Assembly (NCBI GenBank): GCA_046291925.1
Contig: JBKBRY010000014.1
Location: 4,911-68,910, forward strand
Length of the DNA: 64,000 nucleotides
Direction of reading: 5' to 3'
Source of the DNA: Leptonema sp. (in: bacteria)
GTDB lineage: Bacteria > Spirochaetota > Leptospiria > Leptospirales > Leptonemataceae
The notes beneath the pieces are model-generated. The model was not told the DNA's origin and did no database searches. It was given only the letters and a program-made list of their open reading frames with translations. Positions within the stretch are counted from its first letter, which is position 1. Each line of letters starts with the position of its first letter. This document shows, one piece after another, positions 1 to 9,199 of this stretch. The translations under genes were made by a program, and so were the position numbers.

Positions 1-2
1 GT

Positions 3-551
3 CCTAGCAAAACAGGACAGGACTGGCATCATAAAAATTGTTTTGGTTGTGGTCCAGAGAATCCGTTTAGTTTAAAAGCAGATTTTACTTTTAATGAAGA
101 AAATGGAGAAGTTGATTTTAATTATACAATTGCAAATACTTATGAAGGAGCACCTGGTTATTCTCACGGTGGTATTTTGGCTTCTTTATTAGATGAAGCC
201 CAAGGTTGTTTGTGTTTTTATTTGGGGCATGTGGTTATGACAGAAAAACTATATCTAAAATACCATAAAGCAGTACCTTTAAATACTCCAATTTCAATAA
301 GAGCATGGTTGACTGCGGTAAGAAAAAGAAGATTGTATACACGAGGAATGATTTATAAAGAAAGTGGGAGTGGTGGTGCAACCGAAGTTTTTACTACTTC
401 GAGTGCTAGTTGGTATATATTACCCGAAAGAGTTCAAAGAAGAATGTTTCTAAATTTTGAAGAAGAAACTTATAAAAAACAAAGCAAAATATTAGAATTG
501 AATCGAAAAAGAGCAAGAGACATTAGACTTAGATTGAGAAAAACAAAGTAG
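3..551 (+). CDS. PaaI/hotdog-fold thioesterase, 5' end truncated by the window edge
   Basis: The reading frame is open from position 3. Translation gives ...HKNCFGCGPENPFSLKADF...GYSHGGILASLLDEAQG, which is a hotdog/PaaI-like core. The listed TTG start at 177 is internal. Confidence 0.55.
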   Translation, partial: PSKTGQDWHHKNCFGCGPENPFSLKADFTFNEENGEVDFNYTIANTYEGAPGYSHGGILASLLDEAQGCLCFYLGHVVMTEKLYLKYHKAVPLNTPISIRAWLTAVRKRRLYTRGMIYKESGSGGATEVFTTSSASWYILPERVQRRMFLNFEEETYKKQSKILELNRKRARDIRLRLRKTK

Positions 552-553
552 AT

Positions 554-832
554 TTAACTTGCCTCTGAATTCTTTGTAGATTCAGAAGTTTTTGCTGTTT
601 CTTTCTTTGGATTATTGGAATTGTTTTTGTTTTTATAATCCGTAACATAGAAGCCCGTACCTTTAAATACGATACCAACACCCGCACCAATCAGTCTTTC
701 CACTTCCCCATTACACTCTGGACATGTTGTATCAGGTTGTGATGTTATTTTTTGAAGTTTTTCGTATTGGTGTCCACAAGATATACATTTGTAAGTATAG
801 GTTGGCATAAATCCAAAATTTTTTATTGGCAT
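554..832 (-). CDS. FmdB-family zinc-ribbon protein
   Basis: 92 aa with two CxxC pairs (YKCISCGH...CPECNG), the typical FmdB putative-regulatory zinc-ribbon N-terminus. The C-terminus is Lys/Asn-rich and low-complexity. Confidence 0.55.
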   Translation of the reverse strand: MPIKNFGFMPTYTYKCISCGHQYEKLQKITSQPDTTCPECNGEVERLIGAGVGIVFKGTGFYVTDYKNKNNSNNPKKETAKTSESTKNSEAS

Positions 833-870
833 TTCCTATCAAGCTTTTCTTGATTAGGCAATTTTAAAAA

Positions 871-2820
871 TTAAGATTTGTACATTTCTTCTATTTGTTG
901 TTTAAAATGTTCTTTGATTACATTTCGCTTTATTTTAAGGGTTTTCGTCATTTCGTTTTCTAAGTCGAATTGTCTTGGTAAAATATAAAAAGTATCTCTT
1001 GGAATCAATTCAAAAGATTTAAAACCATTTTTAAGATTAATGTACTTTAAAATTTCATCGCTAAACAATTTTCTTATTTCTTTGTTGTTGTTCCATTGAG
1101 TATAATCATTTTCTGCCGTTGGAATTTTTTGTTTTACCAATTCAAAATTAGGTACGATTAAGACACCTAAGGTTTTTTTTTCGTCCCCGACAACCATAAC
1201 CTGATCTATATATTCACTTTGGAGTAATTTATCTTCTATTGGAACAGGTTCTATATTTTCTCCTCCTGCAAGAACTATCGTATCTTTTGATCTACCTGTA
1301 AAAAAGAGTTGTCCTCTCCAATTAATCCTCATTAAATCGCCAGTATCAAAAAAACCGTCTTTATCAAAGACAATATCATTTAAATCTTTCCTTTTGTAAT
1401 AACCTAAGGTTACTTGTTCTCCTTTAATCCATAGAGTTCCCTTTGCTCCTGGTATATGTTTTATATCTTCTCCCAATTCATTTTTAAGTTTGATTTGGTA
1501 TCCTTGTAAAGGTGTACCAATAGTTCCGGGTGTTAATTTGTCGAAATCTCTTACAGAAATGACAGCAGAAGTTTCAGTCATTCCATAGCCTTCCGCAACA
1601 GTTAATCCCACTGCAGATAAAAATTTATCTACTACTTCTGGCAGAGCACTACCTCCAGATAAAGAAGCCCTAAGCCTTCCACCTAACGCTTTTTTTATTG
1701 GGCGAAATACAATTAAAGAAATTATTTTTAATGGCGCAATTAAAGTCAAAATGAATAAGGAAAGGATCCTATCCAAAATATCTTTGAACCAAATTTTTTT
1801 TTCAATTTGGAAATCATAACCGCCTAATATCGCTTTATGTTTAAACCATATTTCCCCAATTTTTAAAAAAAAATAAAAAATTTTCTGCTTTAATAAAGGT
1901 TCTTTTTTAATTTTTGCAATAATTCCATTGTATAAAGATTCCCATATTCTAGGGACTGAGGGCATGATCGTAGGTTTAAAAAATTCTAAATCTTGTCTTA
2001 AATTGTTTATGTCTGTGATCATAAAAGGTAAAGGCCAATATACAAAGCAATATTCAATGATTTGTTCAAAAGCATGCCAAGGCGGTAACAGACTTATACA
2101 AGTATCGGTTGGTTTAATTTTTAACTTTGCCAGACTATTTTTTGCAGATGCAATCCACCCTTTTTGGGTTAACATTACCCCTTTGGGTGTTCCTGTTGTT
2201 CCACTGGTATAAATTAGTACTGCTAATTCTTCGGGATTTGAATTTTTGTCTAGATTTTCTAAAAAGTTTATATGGTGATTTGAGTTTTTTCCTTTTTCTA
2301 TAAGAGCATCCCACACAGAGTTGGGGTGATTTTTTAAAATATAATTTTTTTCGTCTTCTAAAATATATATTTTTTCTTTAGAAAGGGAAGGTAATTGTTC
2401 AATCAACAATAAAATCTTATTGTAAGTTTTCTGATTTTGAACAATTGCAAATTTTGCTTCTGAATGATTCGTGATGTAAATGATGTCTTCGTTCGTTACA
2501 TCCGTGGCACGAGGGACACAAACTCCACCTGAGACAATAATACTTAAATTTACAAGCATCCAATGGTTAGAGTTATCACACAAAAAGAGTACTTTGTCAC
2601 CTTTTTGCAAGCCTGATTCAATCAAACCTATTGCAAGTTCTTCGGTTAATTTAAGCAATTCTGGAAAAGTATAGCCTTCTATAATTCCATCTCCTCTTCT
2701 TTTTAAAAATGTTTTTTGATTTGGATTAAGAGAAGCTGCTCTTTTTAATAATCCATATAAAGTTTTTGGTTCAGAATCAACCAAAAAATTAAAGTTTATA
2801 TTTTTAATACTTACTGCCAT
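871..2820 (-). CDS. Long-chain fatty acid--CoA ligase (AMP-binding enzyme)
   Basis: 649 aa with the AMP-binding signature YTSGTTGTPKGV and an acyl-CoA synthetase C-terminal domain (GWFDTGD-like FDTGDL). Confidence 0.85.
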   Translation of the reverse strand: MAVSIKNINFNFLVDSEPKTLYGLLKRAASLNPNQKTFLKRRGDGIIEGYTFPELLKLTEELAIGLIESGLQKGDKVLFLCDNSNHWMLVNLSIIVSGGVCVPRATDVTNEDIIYITNHSEAKFAIVQNQKTYNKILLLIEQLPSLSKEKIYILEDEKNYILKNHPNSVWDALIEKGKNSNHHINFLENLDKNSNPEELAVLIYTSGTTGTPKGVMLTQKGWIASAKNSLAKLKIKPTDTCISLLPPWHAFEQIIEYCFVYWPLPFMITDINNLRQDLEFFKPTIMPSVPRIWESLYNGIIAKIKKEPLLKQKIFYFFLKIGEIWFKHKAILGGYDFQIEKKIWFKDILDRILSLFILTLIAPLKIISLIVFRPIKKALGGRLRASLSGGSALPEVVDKFLSAVGLTVAEGYGMTETSAVISVRDFDKLTPGTIGTPLQGYQIKLKNELGEDIKHIPGAKGTLWIKGEQVTLGYYKRKDLNDIVFDKDGFFDTGDLMRINWRGQLFFTGRSKDTIVLAGGENIEPVPIEDKLLQSEYIDQVMVVGDEKKTLGVLIVPNFELVKQKIPTAENDYTQWNNNKEIRKLFSDEILKYINLKNGFKSFELIPRDTFYILPRQFDLENEMTKTLKIKRNVIKEHFKQQIEEMYKS

Positions 2821-3009
2821 ATTACCCCCTAAATTTTACAGAATGTTATTTTATAAAAATAAATCAATTATTTTTTTAGTTGAAATCTATAGAATTTGTG
2901 TTCAATTTTTAGATTGATATGTTTAAGAATTTTATTAAATAAGTAAAAAATAATTCAGAGATATAAATTTTATTATTTCATATTTCGATATTTAGATAAG
3001 GAGTTTTTT

Positions 3010-4131
3010 ATGAAAATTTATCCTTTTTTGTTTTTTGTATTTTTATTTATCGTAGAAAGCGTGCTTGTTGCGGGAGAGGGTGATGAAACAAAAAAGTTTT
3101 ATGAGAAATTATATATTACTTTAGAGCGAGATTTAGAAAATGGTACTGCTTTTGAAAAAATCAATGCTATACATTACATGGCAACATTACGAAAAAACCG
3201 TTTTGTAAGACCTTTATCTAGGGAGTTATTAAAAAGTTTGGATGATCCTTTTTATCGAAAAATGGCAGCCTTTGATCCTTATGTAAAAGCAAGTATTGCC
3301 CATGCTTTAGGAGAAATTGGAAGAAAAGAAGCATTGGATCCTTTAAAAAAAGCCTTAGAAATTGTGAATAAAATAATTACCGAAGAAAAGGAAAAATACA
3401 ACCAAAATGTTCAAAAAGCTTCTCAAGAAAAGTCTTATGAACTTTTTTATGAGAGATCAGAAATAGGACCTGCCTTGCTTTCTGATAATTATGTTTATCC
3501 TACATCACCAGATGCTGCTTGGTCAATTGCAGACGATTTTAAAAAATTTATTGCTATCGATCCTAATGATGAATGGATGCAAATTCGTATGAAGGGTTAT
3601 AATTATGTAAACGTGGCATTTTTTATTATTCAGGCAATCGGCAACATTAAAGAAGCAGAAGGTGCAGATGTATTGATCCCTTTTTTGGAGCATCCCTACA
3701 AAGATTTAAAGCTTTCTACAATCCTTGCTTTAGCAAAAATTGGAACCTTAAAAGCATTAGAAGCCTTGGAAAAAAAATATGAAGTAGAAAACGATGACCA
3801 AGTTAAAGCAAGAATTGCTTTTGCCATTTTACTCAATGATAATACCAAGGGACAGTATTACAAAGCTTTATTGGAATATTTAAGACATCCCGATCCAAAA
3901 GTTCGCTATGATGTCGCATCTGCATTTAGAGAATTATCTTTTGGAGAAGCTTATTACGATTTGTCTGATGCTTTTTTGCTTGAAGATAATCCTGTAGTAA
4001 AAAAAGTGCTTCAACAGGCAATCTACAATGCGTACATGGATAATTTGTTTCCACCAAATAATTATTTTGATACAAAACCTACTCGAATTTGGATTCATGG
4101 GGATCCTTACGCACCTAAGAAATATAAATAA
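3010..4131 (+). CDS. HEAT-repeat protein with N-terminal signal peptide
   Basis: AAGGAG lies 7 nt upstream of the ATG. The N-terminus is hydrophobic. Repeated helical AHALGEIG / ALAKIGT motifs are typical of HEAT/PBS lyase repeats. Confidence 0.5.
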   Translation: MKIYPFLFFVFLFIVESVLVAGEGDETKKFYEKLYITLERDLENGTAFEKINAIHYMATLRKNRFVRPLSRELLKSLDDPFYRKMAAFDPYVKASIAHALGEIGRKEALDPLKKALEIVNKIITEEKEKYNQNVQKASQEKSYELFYERSEIGPALLSDNYVYPTSPDAAWSIADDFKKFIAIDPNDEWMQIRMKGYNYVNVAFFIIQAIGNIKEAEGADVLIPFLEHPYKDLKLSTILALAKIGTLKALEALEKKYEVENDDQVKARIAFAILLNDNTKGQYYKALLEYLRHPDPKVRYDVASAFRELSFGEAYYDLSDAFLLEDNPVVKKVLQQAIYNAYMDNLFPPNNYFDTKPTRIWIHGDPYAPKKYK

Positions 4132-4183
4132 TTTTTTTTTTGTTTTTTTTTCTTCGTCATTATTGTATTTATTTTTAGGAGAT

Positions 4184-4810
4184 TTGCATTCTCAAGAGTA
4201 TATCCAATTATTCAAGAAAAGTTCGAAAGAAAAACTCTACGTAATCAAGCAAGGATCCGTTTTACGAACCGAGCCTAGCATTTATAGCTTTGAGGTTTCC
4301 TTGCTAAATTTGGGCGAAGCTGTAGATGTTTTGTATAAAACCAATCAAAAGGAAGTAATAGGAAATTCCAAGTCCTATTGGTATTATGTAAAAACAGAAA
4401 GAGGACTGGTAGGTTGGATTTTTGGTTCTTTATTGAGTAAAACAAAAGTAAAAGAAGAAGAATATTTTTTTGATCCAAAATTGGTAGTCAATATTATAGA
4501 AGGTACATGGTGGGAAGTCAATGAAAGGGGAGAAACAGGGTACCGAAGCTTAGAAATTAAAAAAAATATCCAAAACCCCTACGAAGGTATTTTGATTTAT
4601 AAATTTTCAAATCAAGAACCTCAAGAGATAAAATATACAATTTCTGATAAAGGAATTGTTCTATTAGAAAAAGCCTTACCAATTGGAAAAGAAATTTTTC
4701 TTTATGAAACTTATAATGAACATAGAATTTATTTCCAGAGTGCTGATAAAAAACAGATTTTTTTTAAAAAAGCAGTAATTATAGAAGATTCTAATGAAAA
4801 GAATGATTGA
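4184..4810 (+). CDS. SH3b-like domain protein; start uncertain (alternative ATG at 4097)
   Basis: The ORF runs 4028..4810. SGKVNVRS-like SH3b motifs are present (GSVLRTEPS...YWYYVKTERGLVGWIFGSLL). Candidate starts are TTG 4184 just after AGGAG at 4177-4181, or ATG 4097, which would place the T10-G-T9 tract inside the CDS. Confidence 0.4.
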   Translation: MHSQEYIQLFKKSSKEKLYVIKQGSVLRTEPSIYSFEVSLLNLGEAVDVLYKTNQKEVIGNSKSYWYYVKTERGLVGWIFGSLLSKTKVKEEEYFFDPKLVVNIIEGTWWEVNERGETGYRSLEIKKNIQNPYEGILIYKFSNQEPQEIKYTISDKGIVLLEKALPIGKEIFLYETYNEHRIYFQSADKKQIFFKKAVIIEDSNEKND

Positions 4811-4813
4811 TCT

Positions 4814-5608
4814 ATGAATCAAAGAGATAACATAAAAAAAAAGATAGATCTTTTTAAAACTCAGTATGAAGCTTTTTCTTTACCAGATGAAATTCGAATT
4901 AACAGATATATTGCTTTATGTGGGATTGGTTCTAGAAGAGAAGTAGAAAATTATATTCTACAAGGTAAAGTATCTATAAATGGAATTCCTATACGTGATT
5001 TAAGTTATAAAGTAAAAAAAACGGATTTAGTTCTTCTCGAAGGCAAAAGAATTGTTCCAGTAACAAACCATATTTATATTGCTCTGAATAAACCAAAAGG
5101 GTATATCGTATCAAGAAAAAGATTTAATCAAAAAGAAAAAATTATTTATGATTTGGTCCCAGAAGAGTTACAAAAAAAGTATAACTTAGGATATGCAGGA
5201 AGATTAGATAAAATGTCAAGGGGGCTTGTAATTTTATCTTCTGATGGTATCTTTTTATATCAATTAAGCCATCCTAAATACAAAGTATTAAAAAGATATT
5301 ATGTTCAATTGGATGAAAGCTTAACCCTGTATGATTTTAATTTATTATCAGGTAGAGGTGTTTTGGATCGTGGAGAAAGATTGAAAGCAATTTCTATAAA
5401 TACTAAAAATGCAGAAAAGCATATTTACGAAGTAGTTCTAATGGAAGGGAAGAAAAGACATATTAGAAGAATGTTTGAGTCTCTTTTGTACGAGATTTTA
5501 GATCTCTATAGATTTGCTATAGGACAATTTAGCTTGGAAAAATATCCTATACCAGAGGGAGAATACAAAGAATTTGAACCATCTTTGATTTGGAAAGAAA
5601 CCTTATAG
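4814..5608 (+). CDS. Pseudouridine synthase, RsuA/RluB family, with S4 RNA-binding domain
   Basis: S4 domain (RINRYIALCGIGSRREVENYILQGKVSING) and the RsuA catalytic motif GRLDKMSRGLVILSSDG. Confidence 0.8.
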   Translation: MNQRDNIKKKIDLFKTQYEAFSLPDEIRINRYIALCGIGSRREVENYILQGKVSINGIPIRDLSYKVKKTDLVLLEGKRIVPVTNHIYIALNKPKGYIVSRKRFNQKEKIIYDLVPEELQKKYNLGYAGRLDKMSRGLVILSSDGIFLYQLSHPKYKVLKRYYVQLDESLTLYDFNLLSGRGVLDRGERLKAISINTKNAEKHIYEVVLMEGKKRHIRRMFESLLYEILDLYRFAIGQFSLEKYPIPEGEYKEFEPSLIWKETL

Positions 5609-5609
5609 T

Positions 5610-7034
5610 ATGCTCTTTGTAACAGAAGAATATTTAATTTTTTTTACAATCGTTTTTTTACTTTATTGGAATGTCCCAAAGTATTTAAGATTTTCTGTAT
5701 TATTTTTTGGCAGTTTGTATTTTTATGGAACTTGGAGTGTTCCTTTTATTTTTCATTTAATTCTTGTGATAGCAATCAATTATTATGGAATAGAACTTTG
5801 GAAAGTTTATAAAAAAAAATGGATTGTAGTTGCTATCCTATTTATTGATGTTTTCAATATTGCTGTTTTTAAGTATTTTTATCTATTTTGGGATTTTCTT
5901 GGATCCATAGGGAATCATCCCGAATGGAAAGAAAATGTTTTAAGAGAGAATCTAAGTATTCAAGGTTTAGAAATTTTTTTACCCCTTGGAATTAGTTTTT
6001 ATACATTTCAAATAATGTCATATACCTATGATATTTATTCGGGGAGGTATCAAGAGAGGCATAGTTTTCGCGAAGTGCTTTTGTATGTTTTGTTTTTTCC
6101 TCAATTGATAGCTGGACCGATTATGAGATCAGAAGAGTTGCTACCTCAAATCCGAAATATCCACAATTTAGAAATCCCAGAATTCAAAATATTGCAGAAA
6201 GGATTTTGGTTCATACTGATAGGTGTTTTTAAAAAACTAATTATAGCAGATAACTTAAGTAATTTTGTGGCTCCTCTTCATTATCACCCTATAGAAGAGC
6301 TTTCCACAATACAAGTATGGCTTTATGTGTTTAGTTCCCTAATGATGTTATATGCTGATTTTTCCGCTTATTCCGATATAGCTCGTGGTTGTGGGTATTT
6401 TTTAGGTTTTGAAATCCCAATCAATTTTAAAGCACCTTTCTTTATGCGATCTATATCGGATTTTTGGAGACGCTGGCATTTGACTTTTTCTATGTGGATT
6501 CGAGATTACATCTATATTCCTTTAGGTGGGAGTAGGGTACCTGAGTATAGAAATTATTTGAATTTGATTATAACTTTTTTCTTAGGAGGTTTGTGGCATG
6601 GTGCCAGTTATAATTTTATTATATGGGGGCTGCTTATGGGATTTATACTTTCTTTCGAAGCCTTTTGCTTTAAAAGAGGTTTCGAAGAATGGCCTGTAAA
6701 TATTTTTAAGAAATTTTTAAGAATTTTGATTACTTGGTTCTTAATGTTAACAACAGCATTGTTCTTTTTTGTTAAAGATTTTTATAGAGCACTAAGTTTG
6801 CTTAAAAAAATGCTTTTACCCGATTTTCAATTGATTCTACCATCGAATGGAGAAACTATTCTTTATAGTTTTCTTTTTGTTATACTTTTTAATTTTATAG
6901 AAGAATATCCAGAAAAACTCAATCGACTTAAAAAACACGAATTTGCCCTTCAGATGTTAGTTTTTTTTATGATATTGGTTGCTTTGTTAGAATTTTCTGC
7001 TGAGGGAAAAGATTTCTTTTATTTTCAGTTTTAG
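5610..7034 (+). CDS. MBOAT family membrane O-acyltransferase (AlgI/DltB-like)
   Basis: 474 aa polytopic membrane protein with the conserved MBOAT block FWRRWHLTFSMWIRDYIYIPLGGSR and the catalytic His region GLWHGASYNF. Confidence 0.8.
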   Translation: MLFVTEEYLIFFTIVFLLYWNVPKYLRFSVLFFGSLYFYGTWSVPFIFHLILVIAINYYGIELWKVYKKKWIVVAILFIDVFNIAVFKYFYLFWDFLGSIGNHPEWKENVLRENLSIQGLEIFLPLGISFYTFQIMSYTYDIYSGRYQERHSFREVLLYVLFFPQLIAGPIMRSEELLPQIRNIHNLEIPEFKILQKGFWFILIGVFKKLIIADNLSNFVAPLHYHPIEELSTIQVWLYVFSSLMMLYADFSAYSDIARGCGYFLGFEIPINFKAPFFMRSISDFWRRWHLTFSMWIRDYIYIPLGGSRVPEYRNYLNLIITFFLGGLWHGASYNFIIWGLLMGFILSFEAFCFKRGFEEWPVNIFKKFLRILITWFLMLTTALFFFVKDFYRALSLLKKMLLPDFQLILPSNGETILYSFLFVILFNFIEEYPEKLNRLKKHEFALQMLVFFMILVALLEFSAEGKDFFYFQF

Positions 7035-7043
7035 GATTTGATT

Positions 7044-8186
7044 ATGAACTTATTTCAAAAACCATACCTTTTATTTTTTCCTTTTTTAATTTTTTCTATT
7101 TTTCTTTTAGATAAAATCTTTTTATTAGACATAGTAAGAGATCACTTTATTCAACCGGGAGGAATGCTATATTATAGGCAAAGAAAAGAGCAGATCCACA
7201 GACTTAGACAAATGGTTCTTAATAAACAAATTCCAGACCAAGACAAACTAGTTCTTGTCCTTGGAGATTCGCGAAGCTTTGGTTTGGGAATGGAAGTAGT
7301 CAAATATTTAAATATACAAAATTTTTCTCTATGGAATTTTGCAGGACCTCAAGCGGTGCCCGCGTATCATTTATATATAGCAGAGAATATTTTAAAATTT
7401 GTAAATCCTGATTACTTTTACATCGGAATTTCTCCTGATGCATTTAACAGAAATACGGGTATATTTGGTTTACCTGTTTTATCATATGGAGTAGATCAAG
7501 AATTTATCAAAGAGTATAGAAACCTGATCCCAGAAAAGGATTATAGGATTTATTTAAAAACAAGAAAATATGCTTTGTTGGGATTGCAATTTTCTTTTAA
7601 GACGTTATTCAAGAGACTAAAAAATGCGATTTTAAATCCATGGGAGAAACATCTAAAAAAATTCAATTTAGAATACGAAAGTCTCGATGAAGAAGAAAAA
7701 AAGGTCATACAAACATTGATTAGTTTTCAAGATGAAAATTTAGATTTTTACATTTACGAAAAGTCGCCCCAAAGAAAACTTTTAAATTATACCCAAGGTG
7801 CCCAATATGCTTGGTTTGGTAAAATGTCTGAGGAAAATTTAAAAAAAGAAACGGAAAAATTAAAAAATTTATATATAAAAAATTTTTTGATTTCTTATGA
7901 ACAGCTTGTTTTTTACCAATTGTTATTGGAAAAAATTTTTAAGCAAAATTCTAAGGCAATTATATTTTTTCCAAAGGTAAATCCATATTTAAAAAAAATA
8001 TATCAAACGACACCAGAGATCAAATATATACAAGATACAATAATAAACATTACAAAACAATACAAATTTACGGTTGTTGATTTTAATGAAGATTTAGTTC
8101 AGTGTAATGATTTTTATGATGCTAGTCATCTATCTGTATCATGTTTTCCCGAAGTTTTACAAATATTATTGAAATATCATAATTAA
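7044..8186 (+). CDS. MBOAT-partner protein (DUF1574-like; functionally analogous to AlgJ/AlgX/DltD)
   Basis: Immediately downstream of the MBOAT gene (3-nt gap). It has an N-terminal membrane anchor and a soluble domain of about 350 aa. The conserved GDSRSFG motif resembles SGNH/AlgJ acyl-transfer partners. Start is TTG 7038 or ATG 7044. Confidence 0.45.
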   Translation: MNLFQKPYLLFFPFLIFSIFLLDKIFLLDIVRDHFIQPGGMLYYRQRKEQIHRLRQMVLNKQIPDQDKLVLVLGDSRSFGLGMEVVKYLNIQNFSLWNFAGPQAVPAYHLYIAENILKFVNPDYFYIGISPDAFNRNTGIFGLPVLSYGVDQEFIKEYRNLIPEKDYRIYLKTRKYALLGLQFSFKTLFKRLKNAILNPWEKHLKKFNLEYESLDEEEKKVIQTLISFQDENLDFYIYEKSPQRKLLNYTQGAQYAWFGKMSEENLKKETEKLKNLYIKNFLISYEQLVFYQLLLEKIFKQNSKAIIFFPKVNPYLKKIYQTTPEIKYIQDTIINITKQYKFTVVDFNEDLVQCNDFYDASHLSVSCFPEVLQILLKYHN

Positions 8187-9199
8187 ATTTTATTAATTTT
8201 ATTTATAAATTTTTCTATTGCTTTTAAGAATGCTTTTGAATTCATAATTTCTATTTCTATTTCTAATCTATGAAAATAACTTTTATTTTGTAGAAATAAA
8301 GGATTGTAAAGAATTCGAACCCAGTCTTTTTCTGTTAATAAAATAGGCAATTTATATTGTAGCCATTTTTGTATATCCAAATTGGTAAAGGAATAGTGAT
8401 CTCTATAAATAAATTTTGCTACAATTTTTAAACCTTGCTTTTCTAAAAGATATAAAAAAGAATTGGGATTTCCAATACCACAAACTGCTATTATCTCTTT
8501 TTTTTCCAATTTGGGTTTTATAGAAATCATTTTTGGAATGGATAAAAAATATTGAATAGAAAAATTATTTAAAATCGCTTTCCAAGAAACTACATTTTCT
8601 GGATTTTCGTTTGTTCTAGTTAGAAGTATTATATCGCTTCTATGTAGTGCTTCTATAGGTTCTCGGTACTTACCTATGGGCAGTAGTTTGATATTTTTTG
8701 GATCATCAGTTGTATCTAGCAGTGTGATTTCTAAGTTTTTATATATGGAAGGGTTTTGGAAGGCATCATCGAATATTACAAGATTGCAATTGATTCCAAA
8801 TCTTTGGATTAAATTTTTTTTATTTTTTCCACAAACCACCTTAAAATTTTTATGATTTTTTTCTAATAATTTATAAGAAACCAGATAAGCTTCGTCTCCA
8901 CTCATGTAGGGAGTTGTTAAGATTTTACCATTTTCGCATACTAACAATTCATCTTTAAAATTTCCCTTATAACCTCTTAAGCATATTAAAACTTGATTTC
9001 CTTTTTTAAGAAAGTAATCTGCAAGAAAAATTGCTAAAGGGGTTTTTCCAGTTCCACCTAATGAGAGATTTCCAATCGAAATGATTATTTTATCTTCGAA
9101 GTAGCTTTGTTGGGAAAGCCTATAATCAAAAATTTTTTGATGCAATAACAAATAAATTTTTTCTAAAACGGATAATTTTTTACGAAAATTGTAGTTCAT
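8183..9199 (-). CDS. lpxK: Tetraacyldisaccharide 4'-kinase
   Basis: P-loop GNLSLGGTGKTP and overall LpxK architecture. The ORF extends to 9256. Start at Met 9199 was chosen by alignment to the LpxK N-terminus, and it overlaps the msbA 3' end. Confidence 0.8.
   Translation of the reverse strand: MNYNFRKKLSVLEKIYLLLHQKIFDYRLSQQSYFEDKIIISIGNLSLGGTGKTPLAIFLADYFLKKGNQVLICLRGYKGNFKDELLVCENGKILTTPYMSGDEAYLVSYKLLEKNHKNFKVVCGKNKKNLIQRFGINCNLVIFDDAFQNPSIYKNLEITLLDTTDDPKNIKLLPIGKYREPIEALHRSDIILLTRTNENPENVVSWKAILNNFSIQYFLSIPKMISIKPKLEKKEIIAVCGIGNPNSFLYLLEKQGLKIVAKFIYRDHYSFTNLDIQKWLQYKLPILLTEKDWVRILYNPLFLQNKSYFHRLEIEIEIMNSKAFLKAIEKFINKINKI

Noticed and set aside
1928-2212. Short plus-strand ORFs (1928..2212, 2480..2674) inside the acyl-CoA ligase gene
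   Set aside because: They lie antisense within a well-supported 649-aa CDS and have no motifs, so they are spurious six-frame ORFs.
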